A DNA stretch of 64,000 nt from Halocafeteria seosinensis (lineage: Eukaryota). The position numbers and the translations under genes are program-made. The first letter of the stretch is position 1; every line of letters begins with the position of its first letter. The notes below the pieces were generated by a model. That model made no database searches. It worked only from the letters and a program-made list of their open reading frames with translations, and was not told the DNA's origin. The stretch covers positions 124,001 to 188,000 of the forward strand of contig LVLI01000196.1 of assembly GCA_001687465.1 (NCBI GenBank), read 5' to 3'. Below, piece after piece: positions 25,379-38,160 of this stretch.

Positions 25379-25436
25379 TAGCTCAGTAGTATATCAGATT
25401 CAGAAGCGCTACATCGTTCGAATCCCCAAAGTACCA
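25379..25436 (+). other. tRNA-like remnant / Pol III A+B box pair without a cloverleaf
   Basis: TAGCTCAGTAGT at 25379 and GTTCGAATCC at 25416; spacing shorter than in tRNA and stems do not pair. Confidence 0.35.
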
Positions 25437-26165
25437 GTGGTATCTGAATGCATGGACTCGGAAGGTGTTTCCTCCCCTCCCTAACGTGATTCAATTCGTG
25501 AATCCCATAACACAGAATTTGTACCTCTTAGAGTAACATAAATGTATAGTGTGCATTGCACACTGGTACGTACCGTACTACCGCTGCCTCAGTTAATAGA
25601 CCCGTTTCAGCAAACGTTTAGCCAAGCAAGCACTGAAGCAATAGTTGCTGAAACACAGCATCTAAATTATTTCTCGCAGTGTAAGTCGCAGGTGCCTTCG
25701 CAATGGTTCTGACTGTGGTCGTCCTTTCCGATTCGCCCTCACTTCGCTTCAACTTTCGAATTAGCTAGACGTCAGGGCGTTATTGTACACGTTGACGTTG
25801 TTGGTGTGCTGTGGCATTGTGGAAAGTCTCATTCATAGTTTTCGGTATCGATAAGCGAGGATGGACTGCAAACTTGCTAATCATACCGCCGCCATTGACT
25901 GCATGTGTTCACCGGGCTTTGGTACCTGCAGTTCGCGATCGTCGTGAGGTCGTTGTGAAGGTCTGCGAGGGCTGCTCGAGAGCAGCAGCACATGTGACAT
26001 GGTGGACCATTGTTGGTTAGCATGTTTGTTCAACCCGTAGATGCGAGCGGTCCAAGAAGAAGGAGGGTACGTGTCCATTTCTGGAAGGGGTATGAGAGGA
26101 GAGACTCATCACCGTGCTTTGCACTTGTCCGGCTCTGAAATGCTGATTTGAACCCGATTTGGTTC

Positions 26166-29100
26166 ATGGAAGGCAAGCGCCAAGACAACTATAGCAACCC
26201 TTTACACGGCTCAGCGATGGCGGAACGTCAATCGTCGTCGAGTGAAGCGCCGAACAAACGAGCGAAAGCGAATGGAAGAATCTCTACAGTCAATATGTTG
26301 GATAAAGAGGAGACAAAACAAGACCATCACCCGCAACTTCGAAATCAACGACAGAAACAGAAGCAGGCTACAACGGGACCTCGACGTGTTGGGCGTGGAA
26401 AGAAATTTATGCAGCAACTACTTCGTCAACGAGGGTAAGTTTCTTTGGTTCTTCGCTCACTACGTAGAGAACCCGACATTCTTGCCTGCAGAGAACCGAG
26501 CAGACGCGGCAGTGTTGTTTGGGAAGATCCAGAGCAAGAAGATTGGCTACTTCGGCTTTTATTGGCCAGCTGCTGTCGTCGGAGGTGGCATGAAAAGTTG
26601 GAAGAGCGGGAAGAACGAGCGGTGTTACTAGTGCGAAATGCGAAGCATGGAAGACCGACAGCCTTTCCCAGCAAAGACAGTCTGGCCGCCAGGTTGATTT
26701 ACCATGGGAAACTGAACACGTGGCTCACTGGGACAATTGCTCTGGGATATATGTTGCTAGCACAGTGGGAGGAACCTTCGACTGATCAAAGCAGCAGAGT
26801 TTGGGTCACATTATTGGAACTGTTCGCTCAGATATACTTCTTAGTGCAACTGCGGATTGAGTGGTTGTACTTCGACCGCCATTTATTTTTCCAAAAAACG
26901 TAAGTGAATCTGGGTATTCGTCTTCTGTGAAACGTTTTCTGCAACTGGCTCATCGTAATCTTGCAGATGGAGTGTAGCGAAGCTAATCACAATCCCGCTC
27001 ATGCTTCTAAGCTTGATACTATCCCTTAGTGTACCAGGATTTCCGCACTTTGCGAGGGTATTCCGCCCAATATTTCTGTTGGATCGCTTTCGAAATATTC
27101 GGAAAATTGCATCCAATATTCTGGAAACCCTCCCTAGAATCTTAAATGTTGCCGTATTGCTCGGTTTCGTCATTGTTGTCTTCGGAGTGACTGCCCATAT
27201 CTTCTTCGCTGGGATGGGGGACGGAAGCTGCAGCGTCTCCACTAGCCCAGCTCAGCAACCTCGCCATTGCAGCACGTTTACGCAAGAGTGTGAAGATTAT
27301 TTCAATACTTTGGATAACAGTATGATGGAGATGTTTACGCTCAGTACAACTACCAATTTTCCGGACATAATGTTGCCTGTATATAGATGCAACGCGTGGA
27401 ACTCCTTGTTCTTCGTTGTTTACGTTATAATCAGTGTATATCTGCTGTTCAGTCTGATCTTAGCAGTCGCGTTCACCGAATTCAAGTCTTTGACCGAAAA
27501 GAAAGTTTTAGAGCGTTTCGCCAACATGTTCCAAGGCTGTGATGACGCATTCGAGGAGTTAACGAGGTCTCGAGTGGGGGCGGTCCGCGAGACCTGTAGC
27601 CCAGCTACGGATGAAACTCACATGTTGCTGGGTCGAAACGGATGGATTCGGTTTTTGAGGAGACTTCGACCGTTTGCAGACGAGGAGCTGTGTGGAAAAT
27701 TGTTTGATGCTGTTGATACCGACAGAAGGGGATATATTGACAAGACCCAATTTAGAAGAATGATTGTTCTGTTCGCTGAGTTGCATAGTAAGAGACTCAA
27801 CCCTATGAATGGGAGTGTCTGCCCGACTTCTCCCGGATCCTCAAGCTCAGTTGCCTCAGAAAGTGGGAAAGAGCCGATTAATTCTGACGGAAGTGAACCC
27901 TCATCGCGTTCCTGCTGCAACATCCAGCACATGCTCAGCCGCAAGTGGTGGGGATCTGTACTTGATTCGGTATATGCGGCTTTCTTTTTTGACTTGGTCA
28001 TTCTGGCCAACACCGTTCTCGTCATATGCGATCTCCAACTATTGGCAACAGATCCGTCGTATGAGTCATCTCAGAGGGAAAAATCAGTTCAGCTCTTCAG
28101 AGATATTTCTTTTGGTATATTCGTGGTACGTTCAGGTGTTTTACCTGTATGTCATCTTCGTTGTTTCCATCGTGTTGATACTTTATTTGCAGTTTGAGGT
28201 AGTGTCCAAGGCAATAGCATTTGGGCCGTGCACGTATTGGAAGGGGTCTCTGGTACAAAAATTTGATATCGCTGTGGTCGTAATATCCCTTGTTAGCACA
28301 CTCATCGAGTTACTCGCGGGTTCGTCTTTTCAATACTCGAGGGGATTGACATTCCTAAGGTACGAGACTACGAGCATGTTTTATGTCCGACAGCTATGGT
28401 GGAATGTACGCGGTTGGTATGACACAGGGTTATCCGATTACTTCGCATAATGCGATTTCTCCCGGAGTTTACAATTATGCTTCGATCGTTCAGAGATACA
28501 TTTCCAGTTTTATTCCAGTACCTTGTGGTGCTCATATGTGTTATGTACCTCTTTGCAATCATGGGTATGGAATTGTTCGCTTCGAGACTGGACTGCGGGC
28601 AGGATGTGGATACGGACATCAGCTATTGTAGCCTGGACTATGAAAAATTAAACTTTGACACGCTGGTGGGTATTGATATCAGATCGGAATTGTGTGTACT
28701 TGATTTCTGATTTTATTGGCGAATTCGCGACGTACAGGGACGGTCGTTTGTTTCCCTCTTTTATCAGATGGTGGTTAATAATTTCCCCATTCTGATGGAG
28801 GGGGCGGTCAATTCTACTTCGAGAGGCGCAAGATTGTTCTTTGTAGCTTATATCATGGTTCTGGAAGTACTTGTGCTTAACATTTTGGTTGCGTTCATTA
28901 TTGAGTCGTTTAGTATTCAAAGAGAGCGTAACGAGCGGAGTTATGGAGATCGTAGCTCCGTCTTGGCACCCGAAGAGACTGGGACCTCCAGCTACGAAGA
29001 GACACAAGACTGGTCTCGTCCGTCAACCAGTGAAAAGACATGGTTTGGTCGATTGTTGGAGCGCTGTATGAAGGGAAAAGTTGATTATGCCCGCTTACCC

Positions 29101-29340
29101 CCCGAAAGAATGGACTACTGGAAGAGCTACCTGTTGGCCTCGGGAGAAGATTTTTCGCAATGGAAAATTTGGCGTCGGCCTCATGCGTATGATGTATATG
29201 ACAGGATATATGCGGAAATTATCAAAGGTAGGAATTTCATAAATATTCGGTATTGGTGGCGTTCAAAGCAATGTTCTTCATGTATGCTAGTCGCAGATGA
29301 GTATCCGGAAATATTTTCCTTGGAGGGTGGAGAATTCTAA
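26166..29340 (+). CDS. TPC1: Two-pore channel (2 x 6TM) with EF-hand-like linker, multi-exon
   Basis: RVFRPIFLL (IS4), FTLSTTTNFPDIMLPVY (pore I), DTDRRGYIDKTQF, RVIRLLRIMR (IIS4), LNFDT..QMVVNNFPILM (pore II). Confidence 0.9.
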
Positions 29341-29999
29341 GTGTCTCATGAATCCCCATGCATGGCCTCATGGATGGTCATGTCACCAATCTCACCAAGC
29401 TTAGCCTGGAGCTACCAAGGCCGATTACCAGTACAGGATAGTTCATTAAGCACTTTCGGTCACGTGTCAGAGTATCCCCCAGCTGTCGAGTCGCGATGAG
29501 AAACATGCCGCGGCATTCCGCCTGAACATATCGAGAGTAGCATAGGAACAATTGAACGAGCGGGAGGGACCCGTCAAAGAGTATCCGGAAATGAAGTATA
29601 TATCTAGGTGACAATAAAGTAGTAGCGGCCCCGCCTATACTCAGCCGCCCATCGCTTCATGCCCACACGACCATACCACTTCCTTGGGTACAATGAGGAG
29701 TAAGCATGCACGCCGTGTAGCTGTAGTTTCCAACTATTACATACGGTTTATGAATAGTCGCTCAAATCCAAAGGGTAGCATAGTAAACATACAAACTGCG
29801 TGCTCGATTCCCAGCATCGATTCGTTTCAAACGAATCGTTTGTGGGGCGAAATTTCAATTCCATCCGGGCTTTCAGCCCGGGAGCCTAGACAAGCTACTG
29901 ATACGATGAATAATTCGGTCACCATGAACTGAGTAACAAGAAACTTCAACAATGAATTGTATTTCATGGTTGGTGGAGAGGAATTCCTGAAAACAGTGA

Positions 30000-32937
30000 A
30001 TGAAGATGTCGTCTCAACATGAACACTACCAGAGGCTGCAGCAGCAGCAGCAGTACTTTATGCGCATGCAGCAACAGCAGCAGCCTTTCCCGAGACAATT
30101 TCCAACAGGACAGCCTCGAGCACCCTATCAAGGCTTTCATATGCCACCTCGGGGACAACCCCTTATGCCTAGACCTGGGTTTCAGCCGCAGATTCCTCAA
30201 CAACCGCAATATCCTCCCCATCTGAGGGCATTACAACAACAGCAGCAGCAGCAGAGGGCACAGCAGATGTATAATGCTCAACAACAACAGCAATATCATC
30301 CACAGTCGATGCAGCCTCCTGGACCTGCGAATTACCAACAGCAATATCAACAGCCCCAACAGGTGTTTCAGATGCCTACGACAGGGAAGAGTGGGAAAAA
30401 AATTCAACCCTGGGAAACGCCACATTCATTGGACTTACCAACCAAGGAGGAATTGCGCTCCACGCAAACTTTAAGGCAGTATATCGATGAAGTGGCGCCC
30501 TTGGAGACGAACGAGCAAATGGAGAGAAGGGATCAGGTCATTCGAGGACTGGAGGACATTTTTAAGCAATGGGTCAAGGAGACGGCTCTGGAGAAAGAAA
30601 TATTCTCAAGTGTTGAAGCTGCAGATGAAGCAGGAAGGGGAAAGCTGTATATTTCTGGTTCATACCGGTTGAACGTGAATACGCCAGGAGCAGACATTGA
30701 CTGCGTCTGTGTAGCCCCCCGGTATTGCTCTCGGGAGGATTTCTTTGGCAATTTAGCTCCGAAACTTGAGGAGGATCCCAGGGTCGAAGAAGTTCAATCG
30801 ATTTCGAACGCGGTGGTTCCCATCATTGCCCTCATGTTTGATGATATCAACATTGACTTGCTGTTTGCGGCAGTGGACCAAAACGAGGTTACAGATGATT
30901 TTGATATACTAGACGATCAAGTGCTGCGAAATGTGGACAGGGCGACGGTACTGTCTCTCAACGGTCCTCGTGTGACAGAATTGATCACCAAGCTTGTACC
31001 CTATTATGATACTTTCAAGTTAGTACTGCGTTCCCTCCGTTACTGGTTCAAGAAACGAGGGATTTACAGCAACAAAATGGGGTTTCTTGGAGGTGTTAAC
31101 ATCGCTATAATGTCTGCATATATCTGCCAGTTGTATCCTCGGTTATCTGCAGCTGGGGTACTTCTCAGATTCTTTCACATATTCAGCGAGAGAGCCTGGC
31201 CCCAGCCAGTACTCTTATGCACGCCTTACGAAGATCCAGAGCTTCAGCTGGAGATTTGGGACCCGCGGAAGCCCCATAAAGTAAGTGTACAGGCGCTAAT
31301 GGAAGCTTCTGCTTTTTCTGTTCGATGATCATTGGCCTATGCGTTTTCCGCAGCATGCTCGGGATGTGATGCCTATAATCACACCGGCTTACCCGTGTGC
31401 CAACTCAGCGTATAACGTATCGCGCAGTACTTTGGCAGTCATGCAACGCGAATTCATCCGCGGAAGATACATAACTAATGCCATTTTGAAGACCCATCTG
31501 AGCAGAAATAGTAGTCCCAGTGTGTTCGACTGGAAACCGCTCTTTTACCCTGTGGAATTTTTTACTGAGTTTGACTGGTACTTGGCAATCGATGCATGGG
31601 TTGATGCGGAAAGACAGAAGGAGGACTATCCTAATTGGAAAGGATACATTGAATCGAGGATACGGAAGCTTGTTGAGCAAATAGAGCGGGAGCATCTCCC
31701 GTTGGATTTCGTCTACAATTTTCCCGAGGGTTTTGAAGAAACCAAAGATGTAGACATAGAGGAAGAAGTCCCTCAAGATCCCGGTAGCGGCACGCAGCAA
31801 GATGGGGAGAACACACTACCCAATGAGAATACCAACGAGGAGGACACCAAGAATGAACAAGCTCCTGTGGAGGATACTACGGGGCAGAATGAGCATGAAA
31901 ATGGCCAGCAAGAAGAGGATGAGAACTACGATACAAATATGGAGGACGACAAGAAATGCGATACGCAACCTGAGCAGACTGTAGAAGGTCATCCAGGGGA
32001 TGCGCAAAATGGAGATACGGAGGATGCTGATGAGACAAACGAGAATACTGAGGAAGGCGGTCCTTCGGAAGAGCAATCAACTACTACAAAGCGGAAGGTT
32101 ACCGTTCAACAGAAGACAATATCCTTTTATATTGCGTTTTCTCCAGATATGCATTCAATACGAGGGAACACTCTCGATTTACGAAAAGCAATAAGAAGTT
32201 TCAAAGACGCTGTTATTGCTCCTTACCGCCATTTTCACGAAGGTATGCATCTGCGCGAACGAGTGCTGAAATGGAAGGATCTTCCCAATTCCGTGTTTGC
32301 TCCTTATGGTCGCGATTATGCTAACCTGCTCCGCGAAAAAATAAAAGAGAGCCAAAAGGAAAATGGCAAGAGTTGGAAGTTACTAAGGAGCCGGAAAGCA
32401 ATGAATGCGTCGTTTACATGGCGAAGAAGTGCCGCAGTGGAAGATAAAAAATATGATAAAGCTTTGGATTTGGGAGAGCTTATGCTTTCCAACAACATGG
32501 GAAGTTTAGTCAAGAGTGGTGGAGCCGCTGGTCTTGGTGCGGGGGACAGCGGCGGTGGGTTACAGCTTCCGGGATTGAGCTCAACCGCTACACCGGGCCT
32601 ATCTCTTAGTCTAGGAACTCGGGCAAAACGCCATCGCGAAGATACCGGTCGTCCGGGTGGTGAAAGGAGAGAAAATGAAGAAGGTGATGGAGCGGAGGCA
32701 CAGGCTGAGAATACGCAGACGAAACTAATACGCAAGTCTCGAGGAGATCGTGCTTCACGAAACAGTGGTATTTCTATGAGACTACACGATGCGTTGAAAC
32801 AGGCTCGTTGGGAAGCTGATTCTAATATGAATATGAACAGTGCGAATGTATCGTCGGAAAATATGGAGCAAGAATACGATCAAGTAGAAGATCCTTCACG
32901 AAGTTTTCAAACCAAGTTGTTACCGGAGGAGGGCTAA
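30000..32937 (+). CDS. PAP1: Canonical nuclear poly(A) polymerase with Q/P-rich N-terminus
   Basis: GSYRLNV..GADIDCVCV, LSLNGPRVT, KKRGIYSNKMGFLGGV, MPIITPAYPCANSAYNVS; intron 31281-31352. Confidence 0.95.
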
Positions 32938-32991
32938 ACTGCATCGATAGTAGTGTTCAATGTATGGTGTGTTTTGGAGGAATAGGACAAA

Positions 32992-33538
32992 CTAAGAACG
33001 CTTCTCGAGCGATTCCGCTTCCGATTCCAACGCTGGCATGATCTCCTTCAGCTTCTTGAATTGCTCGACGGTTAAACTAATACCTGCCACACCATACATG
33101 CCATCATCGCCCCCTTTTCTGGAGGAGATTCCGTGTCTTCGCTTACCTTTTCTACCTGGCTTTTCTTCCCCGTCCTTTTGATAGAATTCCCGAATATCGA
33201 TGAGAGTTTTCCCCTGAAACTGTCGAACTGTGGCTTTTTTCTTTCCAGAGAGCTGTCAATCAAAATCCAAGACTCCTTCAATACCAGCAATTACCAGTGT
33301 AACACAAATAACAACGTACAGCCCAAGACATCTCGCCTTCACTGTTTCGGTTTCCCTGTTCGTATATCGTCTTAATATCGGCAGCGGAATGCTTATGCTC
33401 CTGCTGCTCATTTTCTTGAGAGGGCTGCTCCTCGGTCTTTTGCTCCTGCTCCTCACGCTCGCGTTTCTGTCCTACAACACGGCCGTGGCTGCTCGTAGTT
33501 GTCTCCGTAGAGGGCTTTTCAGCAGACATGGATGCCAT
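32992..33538 (-). CDS. SUB1: Transcriptional coactivator PC4/Sub1, 3 exons
   Basis: Spliced LSGKKKATVRQFQGKTLIDIREFYQKDGEEKPGRKGISLTVEQFKKL. Confidence 0.92.
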
Positions 33539-33934
33539 GGTAGAAAATAATGGCGTGGAAAGACGCTGCAGATAGGACTACCGCCTTGTCAGATTTGTGA
33601 ATATCTTTGGCCACCACGAGGCCCCAAGCGCCATTCATTCACTGTTTGCTTCCGTTCCGTGAGATCCAGCGATAGTAAGACACCAACAATGACAAAGCAA
33701 CAAGTTTTTCTTTATAATTGCACCACCATGGTGTGTATGTTCTGGCGTGTTTGGAAATTCAAATTCAACATAGCAATCAAAAGTTGAACTCTTGTTAGCA
33801 AAAGTTCAATGACAAGAAGTTTATGCGGCGTATCTGGTGTTATAAATGTGTATACGAGTCATTTCTTGTATCAGACACATTACTTGGTGTGTGGAATAAT
33901 TGAGGTTGTGGTTTGTTTGGTTAAGCACAATAAA

Positions 33935-36711
33935 ATGCCGCCTCGAGGAAGTGTGGAAACCGTGGTGGTCTTGGTGGATATTGGGCGCTCAATGGCCAAA
34001 CAAGTGCCTAAAAATGCGCTGTCTGCGTCTGCTGGCAATTCTAGTGGGAATGCTGCCAATGGAGAAGGAAATACGCAGCCCGTTACGGTGTTGGACTCGG
34101 CCAAACAAGCTGTGGAACTGTTTATTCAGCAGAAAGTAGGCTACACTTCACTCCGTTGTTGGATCTTTTTTTACTACGTGGAAGTGTGATTGACTTTATT
34201 GAGTTTTGGTGTTGGTTTTGCAGCTTTTGTTTAGTGAAAAAGATGAAATAGCAATTATCTTCTTTGGAGCTAAAGGTATGTCCCTAACGAAACACGCCTG
34301 TCCTCACTACACGAAAAATATCAGCAACTTGTCTATGTCACGTCACAGAAACCAACAACGCGATGAACACGGAGATTGACGGATACGAGAATATCTACGT
34401 GCATAGGAGCCTAGAAGTAGGAAACGTGGATGCCTTGAAAGACTTGCATAAAGTTGAGCCGTCCGAAGATAAAGATGGGGACGTGCTGGACGCTTTGGTG
34501 GTGGCGCTGGATATGCTTCGCAAGAACACCATGGATGGTAAGAAATGTACTCGGCGCGTTTTTCTCGTCACTGGTGGCGAATGCTTGGCCGAAGACGATG
34601 AACAAGCCGATGAGATTACTTCTCAATTCAATGCCATGGAAACGAAACTCGATGTAGTGTAAGTGATAGTCACAAAGAGTGGTTTGTTCCATCCTTATCG
34701 CTATCGTGGATGCTCTTGCAGCGGTGTAAATTATCAGGAGAAGAAAGAATGGCAACATTTGAATGAGGGTACCAAACTTGTATCATCTATCGCTGAGAAA
34801 ACTGGAGGGCATGTGCTTTCCGTCAATACGGCAATTGAAGTCATGAGCGCTTTCCGAACCAAGCAGGTCAACTCTGTTACTAAATTCCGAGGCAATCTCA
34901 GTCTTGGTGGTTTGGCCAATATACCAGTATGGGCGTATGCTCGAACCAGTGAAGCGAAACTACCGACTTTGAAGAAGGTCTCTACGGTAGGAACGGACTC
35001 TGGAGAAGTCAAGATGAACCGAACGTACCGGTAAGGAGCGTGAATCTCGCTGTTGATTTTCCCACCTTGCGAATGTATGAATGCATCTCGTATTTATACG
35101 CTACAGTTCTGGTGAAACCCAAGATGAACTGGATGTGGACGATACGGTCAAAGCGCATCGGTTCGGAAAGGATTTATTCCCTGTGGATAAAGTTAATGAG
35201 CTTAGTATGCAGTATACTTCGGAAAAATCATTTGATTTGATCGGTTTCACAAACAAGAAAAATGTCCCACGCCATCACTACTGTGACACGGTAGATGCTA
35301 TAATTCCACCCCCAGGAGACCAAGTAGGAGAATTTGGTGTTTCTGCGCTAGCCAATGCTTTGCAGGAGACTGGAAAAGTGGCCATTGTCAGATATATTAA
35401 GCGGAAAAATGCCCAGCCGCAACTAGGTGTATTGACACCGCAAATCGTGCGGGATGCATCTGAGTGTGAACAATTAGGTGAAGGGTACCGTCCAGCCAAT
35501 TTTGACTGTCTGCACTTTAATCGGTTACCGTTCGCTGAAGACTTGAGAGACTTTCCCTTCCATTCTTTCACAACCGATGAAAACTTTGAACCCTCGGAGG
35601 CGCAGCAAGAAGCGGCATCAAATCTCATTGATGACTTGGATCTTACCCGTGTACCGTCTGATGATGGAGTTGAACGGGAACTGCTAAACCCGGTGCATAC
35701 TTTCAATCCTATACTGCAGCGGTTTTATCAGACCTTGCAAGCCCGTGCGTATAAGGATGACGCCCCTATTCCGCCTTTGCCTCCTGCAGTCGAAGAGTAA
35801 GTGTAGATAACGCGCATATATGAAACGTAAACACTTAAAATGGGAATTGTCACGTGTTCCCTCAGATATGTGAACCCTGACAAACGACTATTTGCGAGGG
35901 CAGCAGATTCTATCGAACAATTTAAGAACCAATTTCCGCTGAAAGTGCCAGGTACGCTGGAGTATTTTGTTTCCCTGTATTGTCCTTAATGTTACCGATG
36001 ATATGCTGTATACAGAATCTGGGAAAGGGAAGAAACGACAGTTTTGGGGAGACTACGATGAAATTCTCGTTGGCGAAACGGAGGAAACCACTGAGAATGC
36101 CACCAACGCTGAACTTACTGCCAAGGAACCTGCAAAGAAGCGCACTAAAGGGGATGAAGGCGCTGAAAATGTAAGAGTCGTCAATGGCATCCTAAAATAT
36201 GCTCCACATTCATGTTTGTCTTCGCTCAAGTGCAGGCTGGTGAAGAAATTGCCATCGGTGACGAAGACCCGGTTGAGGATTTCAAGAAGACCGTCGAGCG
36301 CAGGGACAAGGACCTGGTGGAGCCAGCAATGAAGGCTATGATTGCAAAGATTAAGTACGTAGCTATGGGACTCCGTTTTTCACGGGTGCCGTTGTATCAT
36401 GTAATGTTGAATGCAGTACATTCGCGGCCCACCCGGACAAACACGACATTGCCATAGAGTGCCTCGAAGAACTCCGCGAGACGGCTATAGAGCATCACGA
36501 GGAAGACACTTTTAACGAGTACCTTAAGGCATACAAGTCGCGCATTTATAAGCCCAAGACCGAAGAGGAGAAACCTACGGAGGGGGAACGAAAATTCTGG
36601 ATGAAGATTCTCACCGAACGATGCACGTTGATCTCCCAGGAAGAAGGGCTCACAAATATTACCGATTCTCAAGCGGACAATTTCCTGCTGCCTCCCACAC
36701 GAACCGACTAA
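33935..36711 (+). CDS. XRCC5: Ku80 (NHEJ), multi-exon
   Basis: vWA VVLVDIGRSM, KDEIAIIFFG..ETNN, DVLDALVVALD, LPFAEDLRDFPF, NPILQRFY, IGDEDPVEDF, AIECLEELR. Confidence 0.92.
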
Positions 36712-37008
36712 TCAGGACTGTATGAAGTATTTATGTTTGTAATCTGCTTGGAAGTAGTGAATCACTCCTCGAATGTGAGTACCCATCCATTCGTGGCCTA
36801 TTCCGAAGCTAATGTTATACATGCTACGAAGTCTGTTATCATTACATGCCCTAAACCGTTGCTGCTCCATACACGCTCCGCGTGAACATCCATAGAATCA
36901 GTGCTTCAAAGCCACAGCCTTTCGGATACATGCTGACTCTACTTGCTGTTACTCGGTGGAAGACATACGCTGCTTCGAAGTACTGTTTAGTGGGAAGGCC
37001 GTAGACCA

Positions 37009-37887
37009 CTAGCGTTCTTCGTTAGCCTTTTGAATCAGCACCATCATACCTAATGGAACCGTGCAAAAGATACCGACCGATACAATTGCAAACAGTGTAA
37101 TACCCCATAAGTCAAAGATGCCCAGTACAACAGAAGCATCACCCAAGACATAAATAAGCTTTCCGACCCATCCATGCCATCTGTGTATGCGTCTACCGTC
37201 GCCCAACGCTGAATACTTTTGCATTCCAAACGATGCTTGAATAATAGTGGTTAGTAGCGTTGCAAACCCAATATAGGCATGCAAAGTATGCGGCCAAAGA
37301 CTCTTCCCTCGCAGTAACTTGTTAATGACAATAGCCAACAATCCCCCACTGGCACATACTAATGCAGCTAAATTTAGTGTTCTGTGCCTTTCTCTTGCCT
37401 GTTCTCGTTTAATTGGATGAGCTGTAATGGCCGTGCCTGCGTCATCACCACATATCGCCCACGGATAAACCACGACCCCCGCCTCTCTTTCAGCACCAGG
37501 ATCATGGATGGCACCGCCCGCATTCGGATGATGTGGAACTTGTGACCGCGTCGTAAGAAGAGCAGCGGTATCCCCTCTCTCGGAGTCTGTATTATCGTGT
37601 GTATCAGCTTCCTTCTGAGTCTCTATGAACGTGTCTCCTGTCTTGGCATCTTCATGGTATCTATGTTGTACGTATCTCATGAGAAAGGGCTGCAGGTAGG
37701 ACCATATTGACCACGTCATGAGAACTCCATACGCTACCGTCATGAGCAGTGGGTGGAAGTCAAACAGGAGAGGCGCTCCTCGCTGCAAAGTTGCTATTAT
37801 TACGGCTAATAGAGCCACTAGAGTGGATACAATAATAGCTTCCTGGAGCAAGCATAGCCGAAACAGCCATCGTACGAAGTCCTTCAT
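37009..37887 (-). CDS. Cytochrome b561 domain protein (CYB561D-like)
   Basis: Four heme-ligand His contexts: FHPLLM, RHRTLN, TLHAYIG, RWHGWVG; multiple TM helices. Confidence 0.85.
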   Translation of the reverse strand: MKDFVRWLFRLCLLQEAIIVSTLVALLAVIIATLQRGAPLLFDFHPLLMTVAYGVLMTWSIWSYLQPFLMRYVQHRYHEDAKTGDTFIETQKEADTHDNTDSERGDTAALLTTRSQVPHHPNAGGAIHDPGAEREAGVVVYPWAICGDDAGTAITAHPIKREQARERHRTLNLAALVCASGGLLAIVINKLLRGKSLWPHTLHAYIGFATLLTTIIQASFGMQKYSALGDGRRIHRWHGWVGKLIYVLGDASVVLGIFDLWGITLFAIVSVGIFCTVPLGMMVLIQKANEER

Positions 37888-38160
37888 AGTATCACCTTCA
37901 ACCCATCCTAAAATTTACCACAATATACAGTGTACATTAGAGTCACTATACAACGAAACAGTGCTCTTGTTTATCATCTGGATGGCATGAAAACAGCGTT
38001 CGAAAGGGACGGACTCATGATAAGTTGAAGTTTGGACACATTCGTCTGATTTCAAGCCCATTGTACAGTGTACTTGGGTAAATCCGGTATGATTGTCTAT
38101 TCCTTTTTTTTTGTGTGTGTGTATATATTTTTGAGATCGTGTGACGCGTAGAAGTACACA

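Noticed and set aside
36849..36858. CCCTAAACC as a possible telomerase template or telo-box
   Set aside because: A single 9-mer is expected by chance; no supporting structure seen.
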